Shown here: positions 10,070 through 18,007 of the stretch, piece after piece
Layout: each line of letters opens with the position of its first letter
Position numbering within the stretch: position 1 is the stretch's first letter
NCBI GenBank assembly: GCA_037130265.1
Contig: JBAXTI010000001.1
Coordinates: 325,765-389,764 of the forward strand
Source of the DNA: a bacterium
GTDB lineage: Bacteria > Patescibacteriota > Minisyncoccia > Phycocordibacterales > JBBTRF01
DNA length: 64,000 nt
Reading direction: 5' to 3'
The notes under the pieces: model-generated
What the model was told of the DNA's origin: nothing
Seen by the model: the letters and a program-made list of their open reading frames with translations, nothing else
Database searches by the model: none
Program-made: the position numbers and the translations under genes

Positions 10070-10963
10070 ATGTACACCATCCTCCTATACTACAAATACG
10101 TCCACATCGCCGACCCAAAGGCCTTCATGTTGGCTCAAAAAGCCCTTTGCGAGAGGTTGGGCTTGAAAGGGCGCATCATTGTGGCGGAAGAGGGGATCAA
10201 CGGCACCGTAGAGGGTCTCACCGAACACACCGAGGCATATGTCGCCGAAATGAAGCTCGACCCACGCTTTGCCGATATTCACTGGAAGCGAAGTGCGGGT
10301 ACGCCCGACGGTACGGCTTTTCCACGACTCTCCGTGAAGGCGCGAAAGGAGATTGTCAGCGCACATCTGGAAGATCTCGACCCAAAAACGGGCGATGTAG
10401 ATCCCACCCAACTCACGGCCACTCATCTCGCGCCAGAGACGTTACGTCAATGGTTTGAACAGGGCAAACAATTTTCCATCGTAGACATGCGCAACAATTA
10501 CGAGCACTCCGTCGGTCAATTCAAAGGTGCACATATTCCGAAAATGAGCAACTTCCGTGATCTGCCAAAAGTGGCGGAAGAAATTGCTGACCTCAAAGAG
10601 AAACCGGTACTCACTGTTTGCACTGGTGGTATACGTTGCGAAAAGGCATCCGGATATTTGCTCAAGAAAGGTTTTAAGGATGTATACCAGCTGGATGGTG
10701 GGATTGTCACGTACATGGAGAAGTTTCCCGGAAAGGATTTTGAAGGCAGTCTGTATGTCTTCGATGGACGAGTCACGATGAATTTTAATGACCCGAAGGC
10801 GCACAAAGTAATCGGTCGCTGCGGACGATGTGAGGCGCCTTCGGAGCGCTATGTGAACTGCAAAAATCTCGCCTGCCACGACCACCTCATCATTTGTGAA
10901 GGTTGTTCCGAGGCGAACGGTGAGGCGCTCTGCCTAGCGTGCGCCAAAAGCCTCGTGGTATAA
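10070..10963 (+). CDS. trhO: tRNA uridine(34) hydroxylase, rhodanese-domain protein (UPF0176/YceA family)
   Basis: Rhodanese active-site Cys context VCTGGIRCEKASGYL plus a Cys-rich C-terminus. Start set at ATG 10070 (MYTILLYYKY); the ORF-track ORF beginning at 9866 overlaps gmk and the terminator. Confidence 0.75.
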   Translation: MYTILLYYKYVHIADPKAFMLAQKALCERLGLKGRIIVAEEGINGTVEGLTEHTEAYVAEMKLDPRFADIHWKRSAGTPDGTAFPRLSVKARKEIVSAHLEDLDPKTGDVDPTQLTATHLAPETLRQWFEQGKQFSIVDMRNNYEHSVGQFKGAHIPKMSNFRDLPKVAEEIADLKEKPVLTVCTGGIRCEKASGYLLKKGFKDVYQLDGGIVTYMEKFPGKDFEGSLYVFDGRVTMNFNDPKAHKVIGRCGRCEAPSERYVNCKNLACHDHLIICEGCSEANGEALCLACAKSLVV

Positions 10964-10971
10964 TTTGCTTC

Positions 10972-12225
10972 ATGAATTCTGACATTCCTCCGCGCCTTGC
11001 CCATGAATTTGGCGATGCGGTGGTCGCTCTCGCTGCAGACCAAATCGGCGCTCGCCGTGCCCGCGAAGTACTTTCTCGTTTTTACACCGAAGACGATCTT
11101 CAGATTGACCGAAAAGGTCGACTCACTTGCAATCTCCCTGCACCGCATGAACAACACGTCGGAATCATCGTTCGGGCTTTGATCGGCCAGCTCGAAGACA
11201 GTATTGGTCGCAAGAAACTCACCCAGCAGCTCCTCCGTATTTTTACTGACCTTGAAAAACTTCATCCAGACGGGCAAGGAATGGCTAGTGTCGTGGCGCT
11301 TCTTCCGAATGGCTACCTTGAAGAGGAACGCTTGCGGCTACTCTCAAAAGTTGATCTCGCGCGCCGGGTGAAAGATCAGACGTGGGAGCTCGAGAAGCTC
11401 AATGACGAACTCGAATTTCGTGTTGCACAGCGCACGGAGAGCCTTCAGAAATTGCTTGATGAAAAGGTAAAGACCGAGAAGGTGCTGAAAGCTCAAAGTG
11501 AAGAGTTGCAAAAGGCCAACACAGAGCTCCGAGGCCTCGATCAGGCAAAATCCGACTTCATTTCCGTAGTGGCGCATCAGCTCCGCACCCCGCTAGCGGC
11601 TTTGAAGTGGACACTCAGTCTATTTAATTCAGGTGACGTTGGAGAGTTTTCCGATGAGCAGAAGCAGTATATGAAAAAAATGGCTGAGACGAATGATCAT
11701 ATGATCAAGCTCGTAAACGATCTTTTGGATGCCAACAGCGTGGAAGCCGGCCAACTCAGCTATTATTTCGGTACGGTCCAGGTGGAAGAGGTAATTGAGG
11801 ATGCCGTCGAGGAGCTGGCAGCGTTTGCGAAGACGAAAGAGGTTGCGCTGGCGTACACAAAGCTGCCACTGCAGGCGGTGACAGCCGACGCAGAACGTCT
11901 GCATGCGGCTTTGCAAAATCTCATCGACAACGCGATCAAGTACAGTCGACCAGGCGGGACAATTGCGGTAACCGCCGAAATTGCTGGCCTGATGCTGCGA
12001 GTGAGTGTAGCCGATCAGGGAATTGGAATTCCAGATGAACAGAAATCGCATGTGTTTGAACGATTCTTCCGCGCACGAAATGCGATAAAGGCGGAAAATG
12101 GAGGCACTGGTCTCGGGTTGTTCATTGTGAAGAAAATTATCGAGGATCATGGGGGCACTATTCGCTTCGTTACTCGAGAAAATTCGGGAACCACGTTTAC
12201 GGTTGAATTACCGCTCAAGAAGTAA
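10972..12225 (+). CDS. Sensor histidine kinase (soluble, no TM segment)
   Basis: Coiled-coil, HisKA H-box SVVAHQLRTPLAAL, and HATPase_c boxes (DNAIKYS, GGTGLGLFIVKKII). ORF-track start 10939 lies inside trhO. Confidence 0.8.
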   Translation: MNSDIPPRLAHEFGDAVVALAADQIGARRAREVLSRFYTEDDLQIDRKGRLTCNLPAPHEQHVGIIVRALIGQLEDSIGRKKLTQQLLRIFTDLEKLHPDGQGMASVVALLPNGYLEEERLRLLSKVDLARRVKDQTWELEKLNDELEFRVAQRTESLQKLLDEKVKTEKVLKAQSEELQKANTELRGLDQAKSDFISVVAHQLRTPLAALKWTLSLFNSGDVGEFSDEQKQYMKKMAETNDHMIKLVNDLLDANSVEAGQLSYYFGTVQVEEVIEDAVEELAAFAKTKEVALAYTKLPLQAVTADAERLHAALQNLIDNAIKYSRPGGTIAVTAEIAGLMLRVSVADQGIGIPDEQKSHVFERFFRARNAIKAENGGTGLGLFIVKKIIEDHGGTIRFVTRENSGTTFTVELPLKK

Positions 12226-12237
12226 TACAATAGTCCA

Positions 12238-12630
12238 ATGAAAGAAAAGGCACTCGAAGGGAAGAAAATTTTGTGGGTTGAGGACGATATGTTTTTGAGC
12301 GACCTCATGGCCAAAAAGCTGACGAAGTATGCACCGACCCTATTTCACGCAAAGAACGGCGATGAAGTCTTTTCAGTATTGGAGAAAGAGAAGCCTGATC
12401 TCATCGTGCTCGATGTGCTTTTGCCTGGATTGAATGGTTTCGAGATATTGAAGAAGGTGAAGTCGGACGATGCGACAAAGGCTATTCCAGTGGTGCTCCT
12501 ATCAAATTTGAACCAGAAGAGTGATATCGAAAAGGGTGCCGAGCTCGGAGCGAAGAAGTTTTTGGTGAAAGCATTGCTCACCCCAGATGATATTTTGGAG
12601 GAAGTGGGGAAGGTGCTCGGGGTGCTATAA
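12238..12630 (+). CDS. Response regulator, receiver domain only (CheY-like)
   Basis: Acidic pocket VEDDM, phospho-acceptor Asp in LIVLDVLLPG, and no output domain. Confidence 0.8.
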   Translation: MKEKALEGKKILWVEDDMFLSDLMAKKLTKYAPTLFHAKNGDEVFSVLEKEKPDLIVLDVLLPGLNGFEILKKVKSDDATKAIPVVLLSNLNQKSDIEKGAELGAKKFLVKALLTPDDILEEVGKVLGVL

Positions 12631-12634
12631 TTAC

Positions 12635-13108
12635 ATGGTGGAATACGAGACATACGAAGAGAATAAGTGGTCACTGGGTTTCAAGCAGCGAGAGGATATT
12701 CCGCATTATTTCGGCCATACGATTCGGCGATTCTTTTTTGCTAGTGCATTCACCATGCTTGCTACGCTGCCTTTCTTCAAGAATGAGTTGGCGATTCCTG
12801 TGGGGTATTCGGTATTTGCTATTATCGCTGTGACATTTGCTGCTGGCTACACGAATCCACACTCTCGCTGGATTTTAATGTTTGACAGTGTTATTGCAGC
12901 ACTCGGACTTCTTGTGTTCGGATTCCACTCGGTGACTGGGTATTCAGATTATGGAATGGAGGGGCTGCGGCAGATTCTCTTCTATACCAACCAAGTTTTA
13001 GCGATGTGTTTTCTCGCGGCATTCTATTTTAGCGTTAAATCATTACGCGGGTTCTCAGAGCGGCCACCGATGGGGCCGATGGACGAGCCGACACCTTCAA
13101 AGGAGTAA
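12635..13108 (+). CDS. Membrane protein, hypothetical
   Basis: About four predicted TM helices and no recognisable family. ORF-track start is 12587. Confidence 0.35.
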   Translation: MVEYETYEENKWSLGFKQREDIPHYFGHTIRRFFFASAFTMLATLPFFKNELAIPVGYSVFAIIAVTFAAGYTNPHSRWILMFDSVIAALGLLVFGFHSVTGYSDYGMEGLRQILFYTNQVLAMCFLAAFYFSVKSLRGFSERPPMGPMDEPTPSKE

Positions 13109-13119
13109 TTTTACGTATC

Positions 13120-13623
13120 ATGACGCTATCGACTCACGCTGTTGTTGGCGCGGCCGTCGCGGCCGCGCTCCCGAACCACCCGATCCTGGGTGGTCTTTTC
13201 GCCTTCGGTAGCCACTTCCTGCTCGATGCATTGCCTCATTGGGATTACAAAATCCTATCGGCTTCAGCCAACCCTGAAGTACCATCGAAGCTGGTATTTG
13301 ATCGTCTTTTCCTACTCGATCTTGTTCGCATCGGCGGCGACGCACTGCTTGGGCTGGTGGTCGCCGGAGTATTTTTCGGCCACTTCTCAGCAATTTTCCC
13401 GATACGGCTAGAAAACTGGTTTTGGCTCATTGGCGCCGCATGTGCAATGCTTCCGGATTTCCTCCAATTCGTGTATAGTAAGTACCCAAAAGGACCGATA
13501 GCGCAGCTTCAGGCGTTTCATCGTTGGATTCACACCTCATATCGTCTTGAAGGGAAAACTGTCATCGGAATCGCTAGTCAGGTCGCGCTCGTCATCATCG
13601 TCCTTCTCGTCTCAGCTCGGTAA
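13120..13623 (+). CDS. Membrane protein, possibly a YdjM/DUF457-like membrane-bound metal-dependent hydrolase
   Basis: TM helices and an N-terminal THAVVGAAV...LLDALPHWDY pattern resembling YdjM-family proteins. The match is weak. Confidence 0.35.
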   Translation: MTLSTHAVVGAAVAAALPNHPILGGLFAFGSHFLLDALPHWDYKILSASANPEVPSKLVFDRLFLLDLVRIGGDALLGLVVAGVFFGHFSAIFPIRLENWFWLIGAACAMLPDFLQFVYSKYPKGPIAQLQAFHRWIHTSYRLEGKTVIGIASQVALVIIVLLVSAR

Positions 13624-13631
13624 TATCATCA

Positions 13632-15014
13632 ATGGAACACAATACTCCCGTCACTATTGTCATTTTCGGCGCCACTGGCGATTTGGCGGAGAAAAAACTC
13701 TTCCCATCGTTGTTCAGGCTATTCCTCAACGGCTATTTGCGAGAAGATTGCTTTTGCGTAGTTGGTTTTGCTCGTCGACCTTTCACCAATGAAGCTTTCG
13801 GTACGATGGTGGAGGAGTGGTGTTCTTCAGTCGTGGCGGACGGCGAGAGCGACTTTGAGGAGGTGAGAGACAAATTGGCCGTGTTCATTTCGCATGTCCG
13901 CTATCACCAAGGATATTTCGACCAGCTCGACACCTACGAACGTCTCGCCCTGCTTTTGGCTGAGATCGACGATCGATTTGATGTGTGCAGTCACAAGTTG
14001 TTTCATCTGTCGCTGTCACCGTTTTTCTACGAACCAGTACTCGAAAATATCCACAAGTCTGCACTCTACCTGTCTTGCGCCGATGGTCCAGGTATGACGC
14101 GGGTGCTCCTCGAAAAGCCGATTGGTATCGACGCCAAAAGTGCCAAGAAAATCAACACACTTCTCGCGCGAGTTTTTTCTGAAGAGCAGATTTTCCGCAT
14201 TGATCACTATTTAATGAAAATGCCACTTTGGGATTTGCTAACAATGCATTTCACTGAGCCGAGTTTGAAAGATGTGTGGAATCATGAGTTTATCGATCAT
14301 GTTGAGCTACACCTCTTTGAGAAGATCGATATCCAGGGACGTGGCACCTTCTACGATCATGTGGGGGCGCTACGCGATGTTGGTCAGAACCACTTGTTGC
14401 AGATGCTGGCATTGGTAGCCATGGAGAAACCAAAAACCGACGACGGTGAGGCGTTTCGAGAGGAGCGCCGCAAGGTGATCGCGAAACTTGGACTCCCGAA
14501 GTTGAATCGCAAGTTGCCACGTCTCATTCGCGGTCAGTACGAAGGATACGAGCACGAGGAGGGAGTGGAGGCGGGGTCACAAACTGAGACTTTTTTCTCT
14601 TGTGAGACCAATATTGATACGCCGCGTTGGAAGGGGGTGAGTTTCATTGTCTCTGCTGGCAAGGCTCTTGACGCGTCTGTCACTGAAGCGGTGGTGTATT
14701 TTAAAAATGGCGACCGTATTGAATTTCGTATACAGCCCGATCCACAGGTCACTTTCCATATTGGCGGACGCGTGGATATGATGTCGTGGCGAGTGATTCA
14801 AGATCATTTGGGACACACGCACAACGCACCGGATGGATATGAAAAGGTGTATCACGATGCCTTGCATGGCGAGCAGACTGGCTTCGTGTCAAAGGGGGAG
14901 ATTGAGGCGAGCTGGAAATGCGTCGACACATTGCGCAAGCTTTGGACGGCCTTGCCATTGGTGCACTATACAAAAGGTTCGAAGCCGCTTCACTTTGGCG
15001 AAAAGATGAAGTAA
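13632..15014 (+). CDS. zwf: Glucose-6-phosphate 1-dehydrogenase
   Basis: NAD(P)-binding GATGDLA and active-site peptide RIDHYLMK (consensus RIDHYLGK). Confidence 0.85.
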   Translation: MEHNTPVTIVIFGATGDLAEKKLFPSLFRLFLNGYLREDCFCVVGFARRPFTNEAFGTMVEEWCSSVVADGESDFEEVRDKLAVFISHVRYHQGYFDQLDTYERLALLLAEIDDRFDVCSHKLFHLSLSPFFYEPVLENIHKSALYLSCADGPGMTRVLLEKPIGIDAKSAKKINTLLARVFSEEQIFRIDHYLMKMPLWDLLTMHFTEPSLKDVWNHEFIDHVELHLFEKIDIQGRGTFYDHVGALRDVGQNHLLQMLALVAMEKPKTDDGEAFREERRKVIAKLGLPKLNRKLPRLIRGQYEGYEHEEGVEAGSQTETFFSCETNIDTPRWKGVSFIVSAGKALDASVTEAVVYFKNGDRIEFRIQPDPQVTFHIGGRVDMMSWRVIQDHLGHTHNAPDGYEKVYHDALHGEQTGFVSKGEIEASWKCVDTLRKLWTALPLVHYTKGSKPLHFGEKMK

Positions 15015-15064
15015 AATGGGACGACGAAATAAATGGCGCACGGCGCTCTAAATACCCAAAATAT

Positions 15065-15295
15065 ATGATCAAAGAATTTTTCATGAAAAAGATGCTGGAA
15101 AAGCAGCTCCAAGCATTGCCGGCCGCTCAGCGTGAGCAGATTATTGCTGTAGTCACCAAGCACCCTGCTTTCTTTGAGAAGATTGCCAAGGAAGTGGACG
15201 CCAAAGTGAAGTCAGGCAAAGACAAGAACCTCGCCTCCATGGAAGTGATGCGTGTGCACCAGGCGGAGCTTCAGAAGTTGATGCTGCGGGGATAA
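15065..15295 (+). CDS. Small Lys-rich hypothetical protein (possibly spurious)
   Basis: 76-aa ORF between zwf and ychF with no homology recognised. Confidence 0.2.
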   Translation: MIKEFFMKKMLEKQLQALPAAQREQIIAVVTKHPAFFEKIAKEVDAKVKSGKDKNLASMEVMRVHQAELQKLMLRG

Positions 15296-15309
15296 GAACA
15301 GAACCTGTT

Positions 15310-15337
15310 TTGAATTAGCCTCGCTTTCTGCTACACT
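15310..15337 (+). promoter_or_regulatory. Sigma-70-type promoter for ychF (TTGAAT-16-TACACT)
   Basis: The -10 hexamer ends 9 nt before the ychF ATG and no Shine-Dalgarno is present. Confidence 0.35.
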
Positions 15338-15346
15338 CATCAGACT

Positions 15347-16459
15347 ATGTCTCTTTCTATCGGAATTGTTGGCCTCCCGAACGTCGGCAAATCGACGCTT
15401 TTTAACGCGTTGACGCTGAAGTCTGTGCCTGCGGAAAACTATCCTTTCTGTACCATCGATCCTTCGGTCGGGGTGGTTGCTGTCCCAGATGAGCGTCTCT
15501 GGAAGCTTTCCGAATTCTCAAAAACGCAGAAGACTGTCCCGGCGATCGTGGAATTCGTAGATATTGCAGGTCTCGTGAAGGGCGCTAGCGAAGGTGAGGG
15601 TCTTGGCAACAAATTTCTCACCAACATTCGCGAGACAGATGCCATCCTCGAAGTCGTGCGTATCTTTGAAGACGACAAGATCATCCATGTGCATGGCAAG
15701 GTGGATCCGAAAGGCGATATTGAAACGATCAACCTCGAGCTCATCATGGCGGACCAAGAGACAGTGAAAAAGCGCTTAGTGAACCTCGTGCGTGATGTGA
15801 AGCGTGGGGACAAGGCTGCTGTGGCTGAGGCGGCGGTGTTGGAGCGGATCAAGGCAGCGCTCGACCAGAGCCAGCTCGCGAACTCATTGTCGTTTCGGGA
15901 CGACGAACTGCCATATGCGAAAGGCATGCACTTGCTCACGATGAAGCCAATTCTCTACTGTTTGAATAAAAAAGCGGGAGGGAAGAACCTCGACGAGCTC
16001 GAGGGCGGCAAGGATGCTCGTTTTACGGCACTGCTCGCGTATCTCGCTGAACAGAAGGCTCAATATGTGGTAGTGGACGCGGGCGTGGAGCATGAGCTCA
16101 AGGAAATGAAGGGCGAGGAAAAGGAAATGTTCCGCAAGGAGCTCGGTGGCAAGGATGACGGCATCGACAATCTTATCCGCGCGAGCTACAACCTCCTTGG
16201 CCTCATGACCTATTTCACCACTGGCGAAAAAGAGACCCGTGCTTGGACTATTCAAAAAGGTTCGACTGCGCCGGTTGCTGGCACTGCGATCCATAACGAC
16301 TTCAAAGATCGATTTGTAAAGGCGGAAGTGATTCATTGGGATACATTGCTCGAGGCGGGTTCGTTTGCGACTGCTCGTGAGAAGGGTTTGCTTCGCACAG
16401 AAGGGAAGGAGTATGTGGTGGTGGATGGAGACGTGATGGAATTTAAGGTTGGGGCGTAG
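15347..16459 (+). CDS. ychF: Redox-regulated ribosome-binding ATPase YchF (Obg-family GTPase)
   Basis: G1 motif GLPNVGKST, the YchF-specific coiled-coil insertion and a C-terminal TGS domain. Confidence 0.9.
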   Translation: MSLSIGIVGLPNVGKSTLFNALTLKSVPAENYPFCTIDPSVGVVAVPDERLWKLSEFSKTQKTVPAIVEFVDIAGLVKGASEGEGLGNKFLTNIRETDAILEVVRIFEDDKIIHVHGKVDPKGDIETINLELIMADQETVKKRLVNLVRDVKRGDKAAVAEAAVLERIKAALDQSQLANSLSFRDDELPYAKGMHLLTMKPILYCLNKKAGGKNLDELEGGKDARFTALLAYLAEQKAQYVVVDAGVEHELKEMKGEEKEMFRKELGGKDDGIDNLIRASYNLLGLMTYFTTGEKETRAWTIQKGSTAPVAGTAIHNDFKDRFVKAEVIHWDTLLEAGSFATAREKGLLRTEGKEYVVVDGDVMEFKVGA

Positions 16460-16500
16460 GTCGCGAACCTCACGTACTTCGCGAATGGACATTTTTGTGT

Positions 16501-16528
16501 AAAAAAAGACCACAGGGGTTACCTGTGG
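16501..16528 (-). terminator. Rho-independent terminator for the minus-strand protease gene (may also act on ychF)
   Basis: Hairpin CCACAGG-GGTTA-CCTGTGG adjacent to an A7 run, which is a U7 tail on the minus strand. Lies 28 nt downstream of the minus-strand stop. Confidence 0.5.
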
Positions 16529-16555
16529 CGTGATGTCTTCTGCTTTTTGCACTGG

Positions 16556-17461
16556 CTAGCGGACTTTGACGACGACGGCGTTGCCGAAGTGTTTACTCTC
16601 GGTCCATCCGACAAAGCGTTTTTTGTGCCCTTCTGGCAGTTGGTCGTAAAGAGACTTGTAGACGACATCCTGGCTGATGACCACCAGGTAAATGCCGTCA
16701 GGTGCGCCCTCAGCTTGAGCAACTGTTCCACTTTCTCCTTGCAAAGGGAGCCAGTTGAGGAGGACGTGGTGTGCGCCGTTGTCGACCACGGTATCGGTCA
16801 ATCCCCGTATGTCCACTTCAGGGTAGGTTCCAAAACGGACTCTGCTATCGATGCTGTCCGTCTTAAAGGTCCTGCCGGGCTTGAATCCATTGAACATGTT
16901 TGTTGCTAACGGCGCACTCAATGTCGGGAAGAGCCTGGATTCTGGGTCAATGGTGCAAAGCACTGCATCGTCGGCATTTCTGGCTGAGTTGATTGACATG
17001 ATCGGGATAATCGGCTCGTTCCCGGTGAACTCACTTGGGCCAATTTTCCTGCAGCCGTGTTGTCCGGTATACTCCTCGAATACATGGTATGCAGTGAGAA
17101 TGGAATTGGTATATTTCCCGCTGAGTCTGGCGCCAGTGCCTACGAGTTGCCAGACTTCGCGGCTGTTCTTCCGGAACATGATGTGAACAGGCACTTCGCC
17201 ACCTTTTCCAGGGGTCAAAACGTGCTCACTGATCCATACGTGTCGCTCCTCGATCTCGCTTGAGGCCGTGTAGAGGCCGAGTGCAACGGCTTTTTTGTGG
17301 GTTTCTTTCAGTTTGATCTGATGATGCCACTTTATTCCGGCGAGAGTGATAAGGATGAGTAGGATAATGATGCCTGCCGTCATCTTGAGGTGAACGGGGT
17401 TTTTCTTCGATGACATGGCGATCTTTGCCGGCCGGGCATTGTGACGGCGATGCTTTTTCAT
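16556..17461 (-). CDS. Membrane-anchored trypsin-like serine peptidase (S1/Trypsin_2-like)
   Basis: N-terminal TM anchor (TAGIIILLILITLAGI). Candidate catalytic triad in the canonical order and spacing: His in ILTAYHV, Asp in NADDAVLCTID, Ser in LQGESGT (a variant of GDSGG). Confidence 0.5.
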   Translation of the reverse strand: MKKHRRHNARPAKIAMSSKKNPVHLKMTAGIIILLILITLAGIKWHHQIKLKETHKKAVALGLYTASSEIEERHVWISEHVLTPGKGGEVPVHIMFRKNSREVWQLVGTGARLSGKYTNSILTAYHVFEEYTGQHGCRKIGPSEFTGNEPIIPIMSINSARNADDAVLCTIDPESRLFPTLSAPLATNMFNGFKPGRTFKTDSIDSRVRFGTYPEVDIRGLTDTVVDNGAHHVLLNWLPLQGESGTVAQAEGAPDGIYLVVISQDVVYKSLYDQLPEGHKKRFVGWTESKHFGNAVVVKVR

Positions 17462-17541
17462 AGTTGTAAAACAGCTCTAAGGTTCGACTTTCTTTATAAC
17501 ATTTATATGGCTATAAGTCAATGTTTTATCATACGCATATT

Positions 17542-17570
17542 TTGACGTCATACCAAATTCGGGGTATACT
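17542..17570 (+). promoter_or_regulatory. Sigma-70-type promoter (TTGACG-17-TATACT)
   Basis: Near-consensus hexamers with 17-nt spacing, ~70 nt upstream of the 17644 ORF. The 5' UTR contains a GTCAAC-GACA-GTCAAC direct repeat. Confidence 0.4.
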
Positions 17571-17643
17571 CATCGTCGGTCAGTTTTTGCACAACCTAGT
17601 CGGTCAACGACAGTCAACCTGCCCTTAGACACTCCATTCCCGT

Positions 17644-17919
17644 ATGAAAACGATATCTCCATTCGGTTTGTTCTGCCAAACGATAATCGCAGTCATCCTG
17701 TTCTCTCACCTTGGCCTCCTGGCATTCGGTTTTGCATGTTTTAATGCCGGTGATCAGACGGCGCTCAGGCACATTGCGATATGTGCTTCGAGTTTCCTAG
17801 TCATCGGCATACCTTGGTGGCTTCGCTTCTGCCGTCCGGTCCTTAAGGCAAAAGAGGAGGATGATCGTCGAATCAAAGAAGTTCTACGCCGAGTAAAAGA
17901 TCCGTGTCAGACGGATTAG
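17644..17919 (+). CDS. Small membrane protein, hypothetical
   Basis: 91 aa with two TM helices, bracketed by a predicted promoter and terminator. Confidence 0.4.
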   Translation: MKTISPFGLFCQTIIAVILFSHLGLLAFGFACFNAGDQTALRHIAICASSFLVIGIPWWLRFCRPVLKAKEEDDRRIKEVLRRVKDPCQTD

Positions 17920-17947
17920 TTGTCCGACCCTCTCTACTCTCTCCAAA

Positions 17948-17980
17948 CAGCCACTGCTCGTCAGTGGCTGTTTTTCTTTT
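17948..17980 (+). terminator. Rho-independent terminator
   Basis: Hairpin CAGCCACTG-CTCGT-CAGTGGCTG followed by TTTTTCTTTT. Confidence 0.6.
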
Positions 17981-17991
17981 CTCGTTTTTGT

Positions 17992-17999
17992 TGTATAGT
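17992..17999 (+). promoter_or_regulatory. Extended -10 element (TGTATAGT) for leuS
   Basis: Ends 8 nt before the leuS ATG with no Shine-Dalgarno, so the transcript is probably leaderless or near-leaderless. Confidence 0.3.
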
Positions 18000-18007
18000 T
18001 TACTCCT

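Noticed and set aside
14918-15064. Upstream portion of the 14918..15295 ORF, which overlaps the zwf 3' end
   Set aside because: It is an out-of-frame overlap with well-supported zwf. Only the segment after the zwf stop (15065..15295) is kept, as a low-confidence small ORF.
17462-17500. tRNA-like GGTTCGA T-loop motif in the 17462..17643 intergenic region
   Set aside because: No flanking acceptor, D or anticodon stems can be formed. No tRNA, rRNA, tmRNA or RNase P RNA was detected anywhere in the window.
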